Below are positions 18,509 through 28,446 of a DNA stretch of 64,000 bases, in pieces. The first letter of the stretch is position 1. Each line of letters begins with the position of its first letter. Below the pieces are notes generated by a model, which saw only the letters and a program-made list of their open reading frames with translations, was not told where the DNA came from and did not search any database. The translations under genes were made by a program, and so were the position numbers. This stretch comes from an uncultured Chitinophaga sp. (lineage in GTDB: Bacteria; Bacteroidota; Bacteroidia; Chitinophagales; LD1): assembly GCA_964631835.1 (NCBI GenBank), contig CAZWAD010000012.1:29916-93915 (forward strand), in the 5' to 3' direction.

Positions 18509-20494
18509 ATGAAAAAATTATTGCCCTTTCTTGCAGTGCTTGCTTTTACAGGTGTTAAGCCCGTTAAATCGCAAACAGTACCCAATGGAGGGTTCGAAAA
18601 CTTTACTGACTTCGGCAACCACAAAAGTTTTAACGGGTGGGATGATATAAACAATCAAACAAGCATGTTGGGTTTTTCAACCGTACTGGTTGATTCATTG
18701 AATGTTCACGGTGGTTTTACAGCAGCAAAAGTTCGCACCTTTACCCTGCAGGGAATCGGATTAACAGTTCCGGGAATTATGTCGCTGGGGATTATTAATG
18801 ACACTACAGGCGTAGCAGGCGGAGGCATTCCATTTAGTTATCGTCCAGCACACCTGCTGGGTTGGTACAAATATTCACCGGCAGGAGGCGATACCTGCTC
18901 GGTGGAAATAACTTTATCGAAATGGAATACGATTACTCAAACCCGCGACATTGTGGCTTCGGGATTTTTCAGACAGGATAATATTGTTTCATCATATAAC
19001 CAGTTTGCCGCGCCAATAGCTTACTACATGCCCGATAATCCTGACACGATGATTATAACCATAATGTCCAGTATTGATGCAGATACAACAAACAACGGCA
19101 GCACTTTATACATTGATGACTTGAGCTTTAATGGCGAAATAGGCTCGGGAGTGTATGTATCAGGCACGGTGTTTCTTGATGCTAACCAAAACCAGGTTTT
19201 TGACGTGGGCGAACAGCCGGCACGCAATCAACTAGTGCATGTAGGCCCTAACTTTGTAGCCATTACCAATTACAACGGAAATTATGTGGCTTTTACCGAT
19301 TCAGGTAGCTATGCTGTAAGGCCTGAACTGCGCGGCCCGCTTACTCCCTTCTCATTCCTGCCAGATAGCATAGTGGTTGCAGCAGACAGTTTTGGAATAG
19401 TATATGGCGGAAACGATTTTGCCGTGCAGATTCCTTCGGGGTATTGCGAAGCGGTGCTAAATATTGTTTCACCATTTTCTCCACCTCGTCCGGGTTTTAC
19501 AAATCAGGTACAGCTAAACTTTACCAATGTGTTTTCGGCATCGAGCCTCAGCCCGGTAATCTATCTGCAGTATGATACCGGTCAAGCTTTTATGAGCGCT
19601 AATATTACTCCTTCCAATATTGATACCGTTGGGCGGGTTATTACATGGAACCCAGCAAACATCGGTATAGGAAACACATGGTCGGTAACTGTGGAGTTTC
19701 GTACGCGCACGACTGTCATTAACGGAACATTACTTAATTACACAGCTTGGGAAGGAAGTTTAACCTGCGGCTCTTCCGAAATGCTGACTGCTAGTGAACA
19801 GCTAATTGTTCGGGGTTCTTACGACCCTAATGATAAATCGGTTTCGCCCGTAGGACTGCTGCCCGGTGGAAATGTTCTTCCTGTTACCAAGCTTAATTAT
19901 ACCATCCGGTTTCAGAACACCGGTACTTACTTAGCCGAAACGGTAAGAATAACCGACACTGTTTCATCTTATCTGGACCTGACCACACTTGCTGTAATTG
20001 CAGCTTCGCACAGCTACGAAATACAAATTAGCGGCAGGGAGGTAACCTTCCTTTTCAACCAGATTAACCTGCCCGATAGCAACTCGAATGAGCCGATGAG
20101 CCATGGTTACATTAAGTATTCCATTATGCCATCTGCGGGTTTTGTACAGGGTAGTGTGGTGGAGAACATGGCAGACATTTATTTCGATTTCAATGAGCCT
20201 ATTCGCACCAACACTGTTCAAAATACGGCTGATAATTTTGTATCTGTTGGAAAAGTGTTTGGCACAGATGCGCAGATAAAAATCTATCCCAACCCATTGA
20301 GCGAAGGCAAATGGCAAATAACCCTAACCGGTGAAATGTCAGGACGGGAAATAAATATTTATGATGCACGTGGAAAGATGGTTTACAGCGCTTTCATTGC
20401 TTTTCCTAATTTGGAGGTGGACGCTTCAATGTTCGTCAGCGGGATATATTTCGTGAACGCAGGACATTACACTGTGCGGGTGGTTAAGTTGTAA
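18509..20494 (+). CDS. PCMD-like domain protein with DUF11-like repeat region and T9SS C-terminal sorting domain
   Basis: ATG 18509 gives signal peptide MKKLLPFLAVLAFTGVKPVKSQ. The N-terminal 'VPNGGFENF...LLGWYKYSPAGGDTCSVEI...LYIDDLSF' is homologous to the 55097-55984 protein. 'GSYDPNDKSVSP' motif present. C-terminal 'IKIYPNPLSEGKW...GIYFVNAGHYTVRVVKL'. Confidence 0.75.
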   Translation: MKKLLPFLAVLAFTGVKPVKSQTVPNGGFENFTDFGNHKSFNGWDDINNQTSMLGFSTVLVDSLNVHGGFTAAKVRTFTLQGIGLTVPGIMSLGIINDTTGVAGGGIPFSYRPAHLLGWYKYSPAGGDTCSVEITLSKWNTITQTRDIVASGFFRQDNIVSSYNQFAAPIAYYMPDNPDTMIITIMSSIDADTTNNGSTLYIDDLSFNGEIGSGVYVSGTVFLDANQNQVFDVGEQPARNQLVHVGPNFVAITNYNGNYVAFTDSGSYAVRPELRGPLTPFSFLPDSIVVAADSFGIVYGGNDFAVQIPSGYCEAVLNIVSPFSPPRPGFTNQVQLNFTNVFSASSLSPVIYLQYDTGQAFMSANITPSNIDTVGRVITWNPANIGIGNTWSVTVEFRTRTTVINGTLLNYTAWEGSLTCGSSEMLTASEQLIVRGSYDPNDKSVSPVGLLPGGNVLPVTKLNYTIRFQNTGTYLAETVRITDTVSSYLDLTTLAVIAASHSYEIQISGREVTFLFNQINLPDSNSNEPMSHGYIKYSIMPSAGFVQGSVVENMADIYFDFNEPIRTNTVQNTADNFVSVGKVFGTDAQIKIYPNPLSEGKWQITLTGEMSGREINIYDARGKMVYSAFIAFPNLEVDASMFVSGIYFVNAGHYTVRVVKL

Positions 20495-20522
20495 GAAGCG
20501 GGTTTTGCAGGATGGTGAATAC

Positions 20523-21365
20523 TCAAGTCTTTAATCGGATGTTTCCCTCACCCAGTTCAATCTTTCCTTCTTTATATAACATGCCTGCGGCTTTCTTGAA
20601 ATTCTTTTTGCTGATGCCGAGTGTTTGGTAAATCTGCTCAGGAGGTGAGTTATCACTCAGATTCAGTTTGCCTTTATTCTCTTTCAGCTTTTGCAGCAAT
20701 ACTTCTTTTATATCTTTAGCTGCATCAATACCTTGCTTCTGCAAAGCCACATCTATTTTGCCATCCTCACGTATTTTTTTGATAAAGCCTCTTATGTGGC
20801 TTCCTTTTTCAATAGTTCCGAAGATTTCATTCTTAAAAAGTATGCCCCAATGTTTTTGGTTGATGATAACGCGTACGCCCACTTCGTTTTCGTAAGTAAT
20901 CAGCAGGTCCACTTCTTCGTTGGGCTTTAGCTTTATATCACGGTTTTTAATAAACTTGTTGATGTTGGTAGTGGCGGCAATACGTTTGGAAGCATAATCG
21001 AAATAAACATAAACCAAGTAGTGCCTTCCTGCCACAACGTGTTCTGCTTGCTCTCGAAAGGGCAGAAATAAATCTTTATCGAGCCCCCAGTCTAAAAAAG
21101 CTCCGAGACCGGTTACCTCTTTTACCAAAAGGTAAGCAGCTTCGTTAACGATGGCTTTTGGTGTTTGGGTAGTAGCTACCGGCCGGTCTTCCGAATCTTT
21201 GTAAACAAAAACTATAAGTCCCTGTCCTTCGCTCATTTCGGGAGTAATAAACTTTTTGGGCAGAAGAACTTCTTCCTGCACCCTTTCGTTGTTATCAATT
21301 AAGTAAAAACCGTTGTCGGTTCTTCGTGAAATGGTCAGCGTGTTGTATTTGCCGAAATTGAGCAC
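20523..21365 (-). CDS. cvfB: S1-like RNA-binding protein, CvfB/YitL family
   Basis: About 280 aa. 'GKYNTLTISRRTDNGFYL' plus repeated S1-like segments and a C-terminal winged-helix-like 'IYQTLGISKKNFKKAAGMLYKEGKI'. Confidence 0.75.
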   Translation of the reverse strand: MLNFGKYNTLTISRRTDNGFYLIDNNERVQEEVLLPKKFITPEMSEGQGLIVFVYKDSEDRPVATTQTPKAIVNEAAYLLVKEVTGLGAFLDWGLDKDLFLPFREQAEHVVAGRHYLVYVYFDYASKRIAATTNINKFIKNRDIKLKPNEEVDLLITYENEVGVRVIINQKHWGILFKNEIFGTIEKGSHIRGFIKKIREDGKIDVALQKQGIDAAKDIKEVLLQKLKENKGKLNLSDNSPPEQIYQTLGISKKNFKKAAGMLYKEGKIELGEGNIRLKT

Positions 21366-21368
21366 AGG

Positions 21369-21983
21369 TCAGGTTTCAATAAATAAATAAAGATACTCCT
21401 TTGCAAGAGGACCTAAGTTGAAAATCGCATCAATAATACTCAGGTTTGAAATAAACCCGTGTCGGTCTTCAAAAACCTGGTAGTAACGTGGAAATACAAC
21501 CTGTTCTTGTGAAGGCCTGGCGTTTCTAAAATCCATAAAATCTTCCCCGTATTTTTCATACAGCGAGGTGGAGGAAAACCCTTTCCGTATCTTAAGAAGA
21601 TGCATAAGTAGAATTAATGCCTCTTCATTAAAATCGAAAAGAAATTCAAACTGTTTTTCATAAAGCGGCTGAAGCTTTTCTGCATAGTATTCAAAAAAGG
21701 GCGCGCTGCCGTAAGCAGACCGTATGCTCTGCCAGTGTTTGCGGTTCCAGCCGCTGCTGTAATCTATTCGCGTTTCTTTGTAAAGCCGGTGATGGTCTCT
21801 ACCGCCAACCAGAGGAATGCTCAGAACCTGTTTGCCGTTTGCCGTTGCTATTTCGCAACGGTTGCGATAGGTTGATTTTACAAAATTTTCCTGCCGCTCG
21901 ATAAAAACGGTTTCGTGTTTCAGAAAATTTCTGAACCAAATTACGTTAGGTAAATATGGAAGTTGAAGCAAAACTGCATCCAT
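21369..21983 (-). CDS. WbqC-family protein
   Basis: 'LPYLPNVIWFRNFLKHETVFIERQENFVKSTYRNRCEIATANGKQVLSIPL' is the characteristic WbqC N-terminal pattern. Confidence 0.75.
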   Translation of the reverse strand: MDAVLLQLPYLPNVIWFRNFLKHETVFIERQENFVKSTYRNRCEIATANGKQVLSIPLVGGRDHHRLYKETRIDYSSGWNRKHWQSIRSAYGSAPFFEYYAEKLQPLYEKQFEFLFDFNEEALILLMHLLKIRKGFSSTSLYEKYGEDFMDFRNARPSQEQVVFPRYYQVFEDRHGFISNLSIIDAIFNLGPLAKEYLYLFIET

Positions 21984-22058
21984 AATTAGAAATCCTGTAA
22001 AAATGTGATATTCTAAGCTAAAAAGATATTTTCGTCACTCCCAAAAAAACTATAACGC

Positions 22059-25000
22059 ATGAATCAAGTCGGTAAGATAAGTACGCTTGTTACAGGTTTA
22101 CTACTGTTTATGGCTCCCGTTTTTGCTAACAAAGAGACTCTTAAGCAGGGGTGGGATGCTTTTAACGCTAACAAGCGCAAAGAAGCGAAACAATTTTTTC
22201 AAACTGCAGCCGGCAGTGCCGATACAAAGGCCGAAGCACACCTTGCCCTGGCTTTGGCTTACTGGGGCGATGATAAACGTGTGGAAGGCTTTAAAGCCTT
22301 CCAGGAGTTTTTCAAAGCTGCAGAAAATCCATATCCCGCTTTATACGCGTTGTGGACTTCGCCCATAGTTTTCGAAGGTTACGGTAAAAAGAACGAAGAG
22401 CAGCTCAAGTTCCTGAAAACTCTTTGCAACGACCCTAAAGCCAACGGCACTATTAAAGCTATGGCTCATGGCATGTTGGGCAAGCATTACATTGCTTCCG
22501 GCAATTTTCAGGATGCGGAAAAAGAATACAAGCAACAGGGCTCTGTTGAAACCTGGCAGATACTAGGGACTTTCGATAACACCTCCGGCAGCGGATATAA
22601 CAAAGATTTTGGCGCGCTCTCCAAGCCGCAAGCCAACGCAGTTTTTAAAAACAAGGTGGATGCTGATGTAAAATGGTTCACCCCCCCTTATTTCCGCCAC
22701 GACCGTTGGTACGACTTCGGGAATTATTTTTCTATCAGCAACTCGGTTATGTATGCCCAAACATTTTTAAAGAGTGACGAAGACCAGGAAGTTTTTCTAC
22801 GCTCAGGCAACTCCGGCTCGCTAAAGATTTGGGTGAATGATAAACTGGTAACCGAAGTAATGGAAGAGCGCAACTGCGATATGGATATTTATGCCAATAA
22901 CATCAAACTGGTAAAGGGTTATAACAGGATATTAGTTCAGATTGGTGAAAGTGAAACCGACAACGCCAATTTTATGATTCGTATTACCGACAAAGACGGT
23001 AACCCGGTGAAAGGTATTACTGTTGAAACAGTTTATCACAGCTATCCTAAATCGGCTGAGTACTCGGTCAGCAGCGTTCCGTTTTTTGCCGAGGATTACT
23101 TTGAAAACAAGCTGAAAACCAACCCCGACAATTTGCTCAACCTCATTGTACTATCTGAAATTTACATGCGTAACGATAAAGTTTATGAAGCGCGCAAGGT
23201 TTTGAAAAAGGCCAAATCTCTTGCGCCCGATAATTCTTTCCTCGGAACGCGCATCATAGAGGCGTATGCTCGCGATAAGAATGTTACTGACCTTACCAAA
23301 GAGTATGAGAAAATAAAAAGCAATGACCCCGATTGTGTTTATGCTATCAAAAACCTGATTGATGAAGCTACCGAAAAAGAGAACTACGATGAAAAAGAAA
23401 AGTTGCTTGATAAATACATTTCCATTTACGGTAAAGATGAATATAGCGATATCACCGAACTGAACATAGCTATCAATCGAAAAAAGCAGGACAAGATTAT
23501 TTCGCTTTGCAAAAGCCTCTATGAGAAATACCCTAACAATTACGACCTGATGGCCTTCAACTATCAGTTAGAGCTTTCCGGTGGTAAAGATTTAGCGAAG
23601 GGCAACGTGATACTGAAAAACTATCTCAAAAACAACTATGCCGATAAGGTGGTGGTAACCCTTGCCAGCAACTATTTCAAGCTGGGCAGTGTGAATGATG
23701 GATTCAAATTGTTTAAAGAGCGTATTAAAAATTTCCCGTACCTGGATACCTATTATGACGATTTAGCCGACATCTATTTTGATGCCCAGCAATATGAAAA
23801 TGCTCTTACCTATGCCCAGCAGCAGTTAGACCTTGCTCCTTATATAGGCGGCTACTGGTTCAAACTTGGGAAAATCAAGCAAGCCATGAATGATGACGAG
23901 GCGAAGGATTTTTTCAAAAAGGCTATTTATTATTCGCCCACTTATTATGAGGCACGCAAACAGTTGCGCAAAATGGAAAAGAAGAAAGATTTGTTTGAAA
24001 ACTTCGAGAAAACCGATGCGTATGAAATTTTCAAGAAGGCACCTAAAGCAGAGGACTTTCCCGATGACAACAGCATCATTCTTCTGAATGAAGCTCAACG
24101 CGTGGTTTATCCCGAAGGAGCTACGGAAGAACGCGTGGAAATTGTGGTAAAGGTTTTTAATCAAACCGGTATTGATATATGGAAAGAATATTCCATCGGA
24201 TACAACAGGTATCGTCAAAAGCTGATTATTGACAAAGCCGAAGTGCTGAAAAAAGACGGCAACAAAGTACAGGCTGAAAAAAATGATTCTTATTTGGTAT
24301 TCACCAACCTCGAAGCCGATGACGCTATCCACATTTCATACCGTATCGAGAACTACAACACCGGCAAACTGGCGCAGCATTTTTGGGAAGAGTTCAATTT
24401 CAATTTTGATTATCCAGTGCATATTTCGCGTTACAGTTTACTGGTTCCTGCCAGTAAAGAGTTTAAACATCAGGTACTTGGCGCAGATATCAAACCTTCA
24501 ACCAAAGATGTGGAAAATATGAAGCTTCTTGCGTGGGAATACAAAGACCAGCCCGCTGTAAAGCCCGAACCTTATATGCCGCCTCTCTCCGATATCGGAG
24601 CCGTTTTATTCATTTCCACTTTACCGGACTGGAAGTTTGTAAGCAATTGGTATTCGGATTTATCCACCTCATTAGCAAAAACCGATTTTGAGATTAAGGA
24701 AACGATAGCAGAACTTTTTAAAGAGAAGAAAAATTTGAGCGAACTTGAAAAAGCTAAAACTATTTATAACTATATCGAGGCAAATGTAAGTTACAGCAAC
24801 GTGCCTTTCATGCACGGCCCTATCATTCCGCAACGCTCATCGCGAACGCTTAATACCAAACTGGGCGATTGCAAAGATGTTTCTACCTTGTTCGTAGCCA
24901 TGTGTAAGGAAGCAGGGCTTAAAGCCAATCTTATATTGGTTGATACTAAAGACAATGGTGAAAAACATCTTGCGCTTCCCACCATTGATTTTAATCATTG

Positions 25001-25823
25001 CATCGCTCAATTGCAGGCAGGCGGCAAGCCATATTATGTGGAGCTGACCGACCAGAAACTTTCTTTTTCCTCTTTACCCGATGGCGACATCAATGCAAAC
25101 ATTCTTTTCATTCCCCGCGATGGGGATTCTCCTGCTGAACAGCTAACCAAACTTGACTCAAAAAACCGTCCGCTTAATAGCACCATTCGCGAAACGGATT
25201 TGAAGTTTGAAAACAACGACATTACGTTTATACGCAAAAATGTAAAGAGCGGTGTATTTGCCAGCAGTATGCGCAGCGATTATGCCGACAAAGGAAGAGA
25301 TAAGCAGGAAAAAGCGATGACACAAGCTATTGCCGGAGACTTCACCAACCCTGCGAAACTTCTTTCACTTACTTTTAATGATTTAAAGACTCTGGATGAT
25401 ACGGTATCCTATAGCTATTCATTTAACATTAAAAATGAAGTAACCGAAATGATGGGGTTGAAGATTTTCCGTATTCCCTGGAGCGATGGAATACGCTCTC
25501 TTGATTTCCTGTCGCTGGAAACCCGTAAGTACCCTTTTTTGGTTTCCGAGTTTACATCAGCCGAAATACTGAGGGAAACTATGAATATAGAAATTCCAAA
25601 GGGAAAAGTATTAGCTGAACAGCCTAAGTCGGTTAAGTTGACTTGCCCTGCTGCTGATTATTCGCTTACTTATACCATAACCACACCGGGGAAAATAAAA
25701 GCGGTTCGTGAAATGAAATATAAGAAAGATAGTGTTTCCCCTGAAGAGTACACACAATTCCGTGAGTTCTTCAATAAAGTGGCTGAAACTGATATGAAAC
25801 AACTCGGGTTTAAATCGCTTTAA
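22059..25823 (+). CDS. large TPR + DUF3857-like + transglutaminase-like core protein
   Basis: Signal peptide, TPR-like helical repeats, and the transglutaminase-core Cys motif 'KLGDCKDVSTLFVAMCKEAGLKANLILV'. Confidence 0.7.
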   Translation: MNQVGKISTLVTGLLLFMAPVFANKETLKQGWDAFNANKRKEAKQFFQTAAGSADTKAEAHLALALAYWGDDKRVEGFKAFQEFFKAAENPYPALYALWTSPIVFEGYGKKNEEQLKFLKTLCNDPKANGTIKAMAHGMLGKHYIASGNFQDAEKEYKQQGSVETWQILGTFDNTSGSGYNKDFGALSKPQANAVFKNKVDADVKWFTPPYFRHDRWYDFGNYFSISNSVMYAQTFLKSDEDQEVFLRSGNSGSLKIWVNDKLVTEVMEERNCDMDIYANNIKLVKGYNRILVQIGESETDNANFMIRITDKDGNPVKGITVETVYHSYPKSAEYSVSSVPFFAEDYFENKLKTNPDNLLNLIVLSEIYMRNDKVYEARKVLKKAKSLAPDNSFLGTRIIEAYARDKNVTDLTKEYEKIKSNDPDCVYAIKNLIDEATEKENYDEKEKLLDKYISIYGKDEYSDITELNIAINRKKQDKIISLCKSLYEKYPNNYDLMAFNYQLELSGGKDLAKGNVILKNYLKNNYADKVVVTLASNYFKLGSVNDGFKLFKERIKNFPYLDTYYDDLADIYFDAQQYENALTYAQQQLDLAPYIGGYWFKLGKIKQAMNDDEAKDFFKKAIYYSPTYYEARKQLRKMEKKKDLFENFEKTDAYEIFKKAPKAEDFPDDNSIILLNEAQRVVYPEGATEERVEIVVKVFNQTGIDIWKEYSIGYNRYRQKLIIDKAEVLKKDGNKVQAEKNDSYLVFTNLEADDAIHISYRIENYNTGKLAQHFWEEFNFNFDYPVHISRYSLLVPASKEFKHQVLGADIKPSTKDVENMKLLAWEYKDQPAVKPEPYMPPLSDIGAVLFISTLPDWKFVSNWYSDLSTSLAKTDFEIKETIAELFKEKKNLSELEKAKTIYNYIEANVSYSNVPFMHGPIIPQRSSRTLNTKLGDCKDVSTLFVAMCKEAGLKANLILVDTKDNGEKHLALPTIDFNHCIAQLQAGGKPYYVELTDQKLSFSSLPDGDINANILFIPRDGDSPAEQLTKLDSKNRPLNSTIRETDLKFENNDITFIRKNVKSGVFASSMRSDYADKGRDKQEKAMTQAIAGDFTNPAKLLSLTFNDLKTLDDTVSYSYSFNIKNEVTEMMGLKIFRIPWSDGIRSLDFLSLETRKYPFLVSEFTSAEILRETMNIEIPKGKVLAEQPKSVKLTCPAADYSLTYTITTPGKIKAVREMKYKKDSVSPEEYTQFREFFNKVAETDMKQLGFKSL

Positions 25824-25836
25824 AAAATTCTAAAAC

Positions 25837-25870
25837 AAAATGCCCTGCAGAATGCGGGGCATTTTGTTTT
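25837..25870 (+). terminator. rho-independent terminator after 22059-25823
   Basis: Stem AAAATGCCC / GGGCATTTT followed by TTTTGTTTT. Confidence 0.7.
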
Positions 25871-25937
25871 AGGTATATGTAAGTATTTATTTCACTATCC
25901 GATTAAGGATATATTCGTCTCCAAACAATCAGCTATT

Positions 25938-26234
25938 ATGAAAAACCTCTTTATCCTCATTATAAGCGTTACCATAGCTACATGCAGTTATGCCCAAACT
26001 AATTCACAAACCAGACCTTCATCAATGTATTGTTGTACTAAAGAAGGATGTCCTATGTGTTCGCACGAACCGGGTACCTGTTCACATCACAAAACACCGC
26101 TAGTTATGGAAGGTACATATTATTGTACTATGCACCCGGAAGTCACAGCCGATACTACCAGCACATGCACTAAATGCCATATGAAACTTGTAAAAATGGG
26201 GGAGAAGAAGAAAAAGAAAGTAATGAAGAAATAA
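25938..26234 (+). CDS. small secreted heavy-metal-binding domain (HMBD-like) protein
   Basis: Signal peptide. 'YYCTMHPEVTADTTSTCTKCHMKLV' matches the YxCPMHPE...CPKCGM-type HMBD pattern. A degenerate copy 'YCCTKEGCPMCSHEPGTCSHH' lies upstream of it. Lys-rich tail. Confidence 0.65.
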   Translation: MKNLFILIISVTIATCSYAQTNSQTRPSSMYCCTKEGCPMCSHEPGTCSHHKTPLVMEGTYYCTMHPEVTADTTSTCTKCHMKLVKMGEKKKKKVMKK

Positions 26235-26610
26235 AGAGCTGGGTTGCTTCTCATTTATGTGATATCTGCGTTTTGTACGAAGTTTGTGAAAAATTATTGT
26301 TCTCCTTTTTTTATTTCTTAAATTGTCTTAAGATTGCCATAACAATATGAACAAAACGATAACGGGCTTTATATTTAACCACAGTCTTTGTCCAGTTATC
26401 TCCTCGTTTTTACCAGCGGATTTTATGGTTTGCAGTTTCGAAGTATTCGACATTTATAAACGCGAAGTCAGTATGTTTTTCTGAGGCTCTGAATTTGTAA
26501 TTCAGGGTTAAGTATTTTGTTTCTGGAGGTGTTTCGAAATTTACATTCTGCTTGTTCAGAATTACAACACCAGGGAAGTTGTTTTGCGGGTAAACTGTAA
26601 ACCTCAATAT

Positions 26611-27147
26611 ATGTGGTCATACTTACTGTTTTTATTGCTTGGTCCAAGTGTAGAGCTTAGTAATGAACAAGCCTATCAGGACAGCCTGTTCATTTACAAT
26701 ACCTATAAGGATAATATCCAAACCCTTAGGGAAACCAACGACCCAAATTATTGGTATCGTCTTGAAGACACTTTGAGTTTTAGCACGGCTTGTTCTTTCA
26801 GGAGGTTAACACTTTACAATAAAACTTCATACAAACCAGTACTAGTTTACGACAAAAGGGATTTTGGAATTGCTCCTTATTATCCGGCCCCGTCAGGAAT
26901 TGTCAGCCAAATACCCGATGTGAGTGTAAATACTGACGTTTTACACGCTTATCGTACCACCGCTTACTCAGTAATTGGACAGGAGACAAAGTTTATAGCG
27001 GATAAAAATGGGAAGACTATTATGCCATATATCGAAAGGGTATATTATGATGTCGACAATAACATAATTAAAATTGTTAAGCTGAATCCTGTTACTTATC
27101 TTCCTATAAACCAATCCGAGGGAGAGCCTGTACTGAGTTTTAATTGA
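26611..27147 (+). CDS. hypothetical protein
   Basis: ORF of about 178 aa from ATG 26611 with a hydrophobic N-terminus MWSYLLFLLLG. No recognisable motif. Confidence 0.45.
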   Translation: MWSYLLFLLLGPSVELSNEQAYQDSLFIYNTYKDNIQTLRETNDPNYWYRLEDTLSFSTACSFRRLTLYNKTSYKPVLVYDKRDFGIAPYYPAPSGIVSQIPDVSVNTDVLHAYRTTAYSVIGQETKFIADKNGKTIMPYIERVYYDVDNNIIKIVKLNPVTYLPINQSEGEPVLSFN

Positions 27148-27195
27148 TTTAGCTTGTCTGCATTTTTGTCGCTTGTTTCAGAAATATGCAGTAGA

Positions 27196-28374
27196 TTACA
27201 CTCTGGCTTTTATCATCTGTTTTTCGTGCTTCACTTCTTCCATTTCAATTTTCGAAATTATTTCGTGCATAATCTCAGTAGTGCCTGCTCCCATCGTCAT
27301 TAAACGTATGTCGCGGAAAGAACGGGCAATGCCGTAGTCTTCCATATAACCCCAGCCCCCATGAATTTGAAGTGCTTCGTTCACAACTTCAAAAGCAGCT
27401 TCGCAAACAAAAGCCTTGGCAATGGAAATAATTTTGTAAGCCGCAGGTCCCTTTTCAATAAACTCTGCCACCGCGCGGTATGCCAGCGAGCGACAGGCTT
27501 CGGTAGTTACTGCCATCTTCGCAATTTTATGGCGTAGCACCTGGAACTTGGCAATTGGTCTGCCGAAAGCTTCGCGTTCGTGCATGTATTTTTTGGCTTT
27601 ATCTAACGCCCCTTGACATGATGCTGTACCGGTAATCGCAGCAATCAATCTCTCTTCCTGAAAATTGCTCATAATGTAGTAGAAGCCAAAATCCTTTTCA
27701 CCCAACAATGCACTCTTAGGGACTATGCAGTTCTCGAAGAACAACTGCCCGGTATCGCTGGAGTGCATGCCGAGTTTGTTATGAACCGGGTTAGCTGAAA
27801 AGCCCGGAGTCTTGGTGTCGAAAATAAGTAGTGAAAGCGTGTGTCCTTCACCTGTGCGAACCGCTAGAACAATAAAGTCAGCCATATTACCGTTGGTAAT
27901 GAACATTTTTGAGCCATTCACTACAAAGTGGTCGCCTTTATCTTCTGCTATTGTTTTAATTCCGCCCACATCGCTGCCAGCCCCGGGTTCGGTAATGCCG
28001 AGTGCTGCAATTTTTTCGCCTTTCAGTGCAGGTGCAAGGTACTTCAGTTTTTGTTCTTCGGTACCCAACGCATTAATAACTGGCAGCGGTAAATAAGTGT
28101 GTGCGTAAAGGGACATAGCTAATCCGCCAATATTCGCTCGAGTCATTTCCTCACTCAAAGCCACAGCAGCCCACATGTCCATGCCCCCTCCACCATATTC
28201 TTCAGGAAAACTTACTCCGAAATACCCCTGCTCGCCCATTTTGCGGAACACCTCGCGCTCGCAAATTTTATTTTGCTCCCAGTACTTTACATTGGGAATA
28301 ATTTCCTTATCAATAAACTGGCGATAAGAATGGCGCAGCAAATCATGCTCAGGCGTAAAAGGATTGGTTGTCAT
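27196..28374 (-). CDS. acyl-CoA dehydrogenase
   Basis: 392 aa. 'AALGITEPGAGSDVGG', 'FITNG' and the C-terminal 'QIHGGWGYMEDYGIARSFRDIRLMTMGAGTTEIM' are ACAD signatures. Confidence 0.9.
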   Translation of the reverse strand: MTTNPFTPEHDLLRHSYRQFIDKEIIPNVKYWEQNKICEREVFRKMGEQGYFGVSFPEEYGGGGMDMWAAVALSEEMTRANIGGLAMSLYAHTYLPLPVINALGTEEQKLKYLAPALKGEKIAALGITEPGAGSDVGGIKTIAEDKGDHFVVNGSKMFITNGNMADFIVLAVRTGEGHTLSLLIFDTKTPGFSANPVHNKLGMHSSDTGQLFFENCIVPKSALLGEKDFGFYYIMSNFQEERLIAAITGTASCQGALDKAKKYMHEREAFGRPIAKFQVLRHKIAKMAVTTEACRSLAYRAVAEFIEKGPAAYKIISIAKAFVCEAAFEVVNEALQIHGGWGYMEDYGIARSFRDIRLMTMGAGTTEIMHEIISKIEMEEVKHEKQMIKARV

Positions 28375-28446
28375 ACTGTTTCTGATTTTGTATAACGAAT
28401 GTAGAAAATTGCAAGGATTTGTTTCTTTGCGACCAAATGAATTGTG

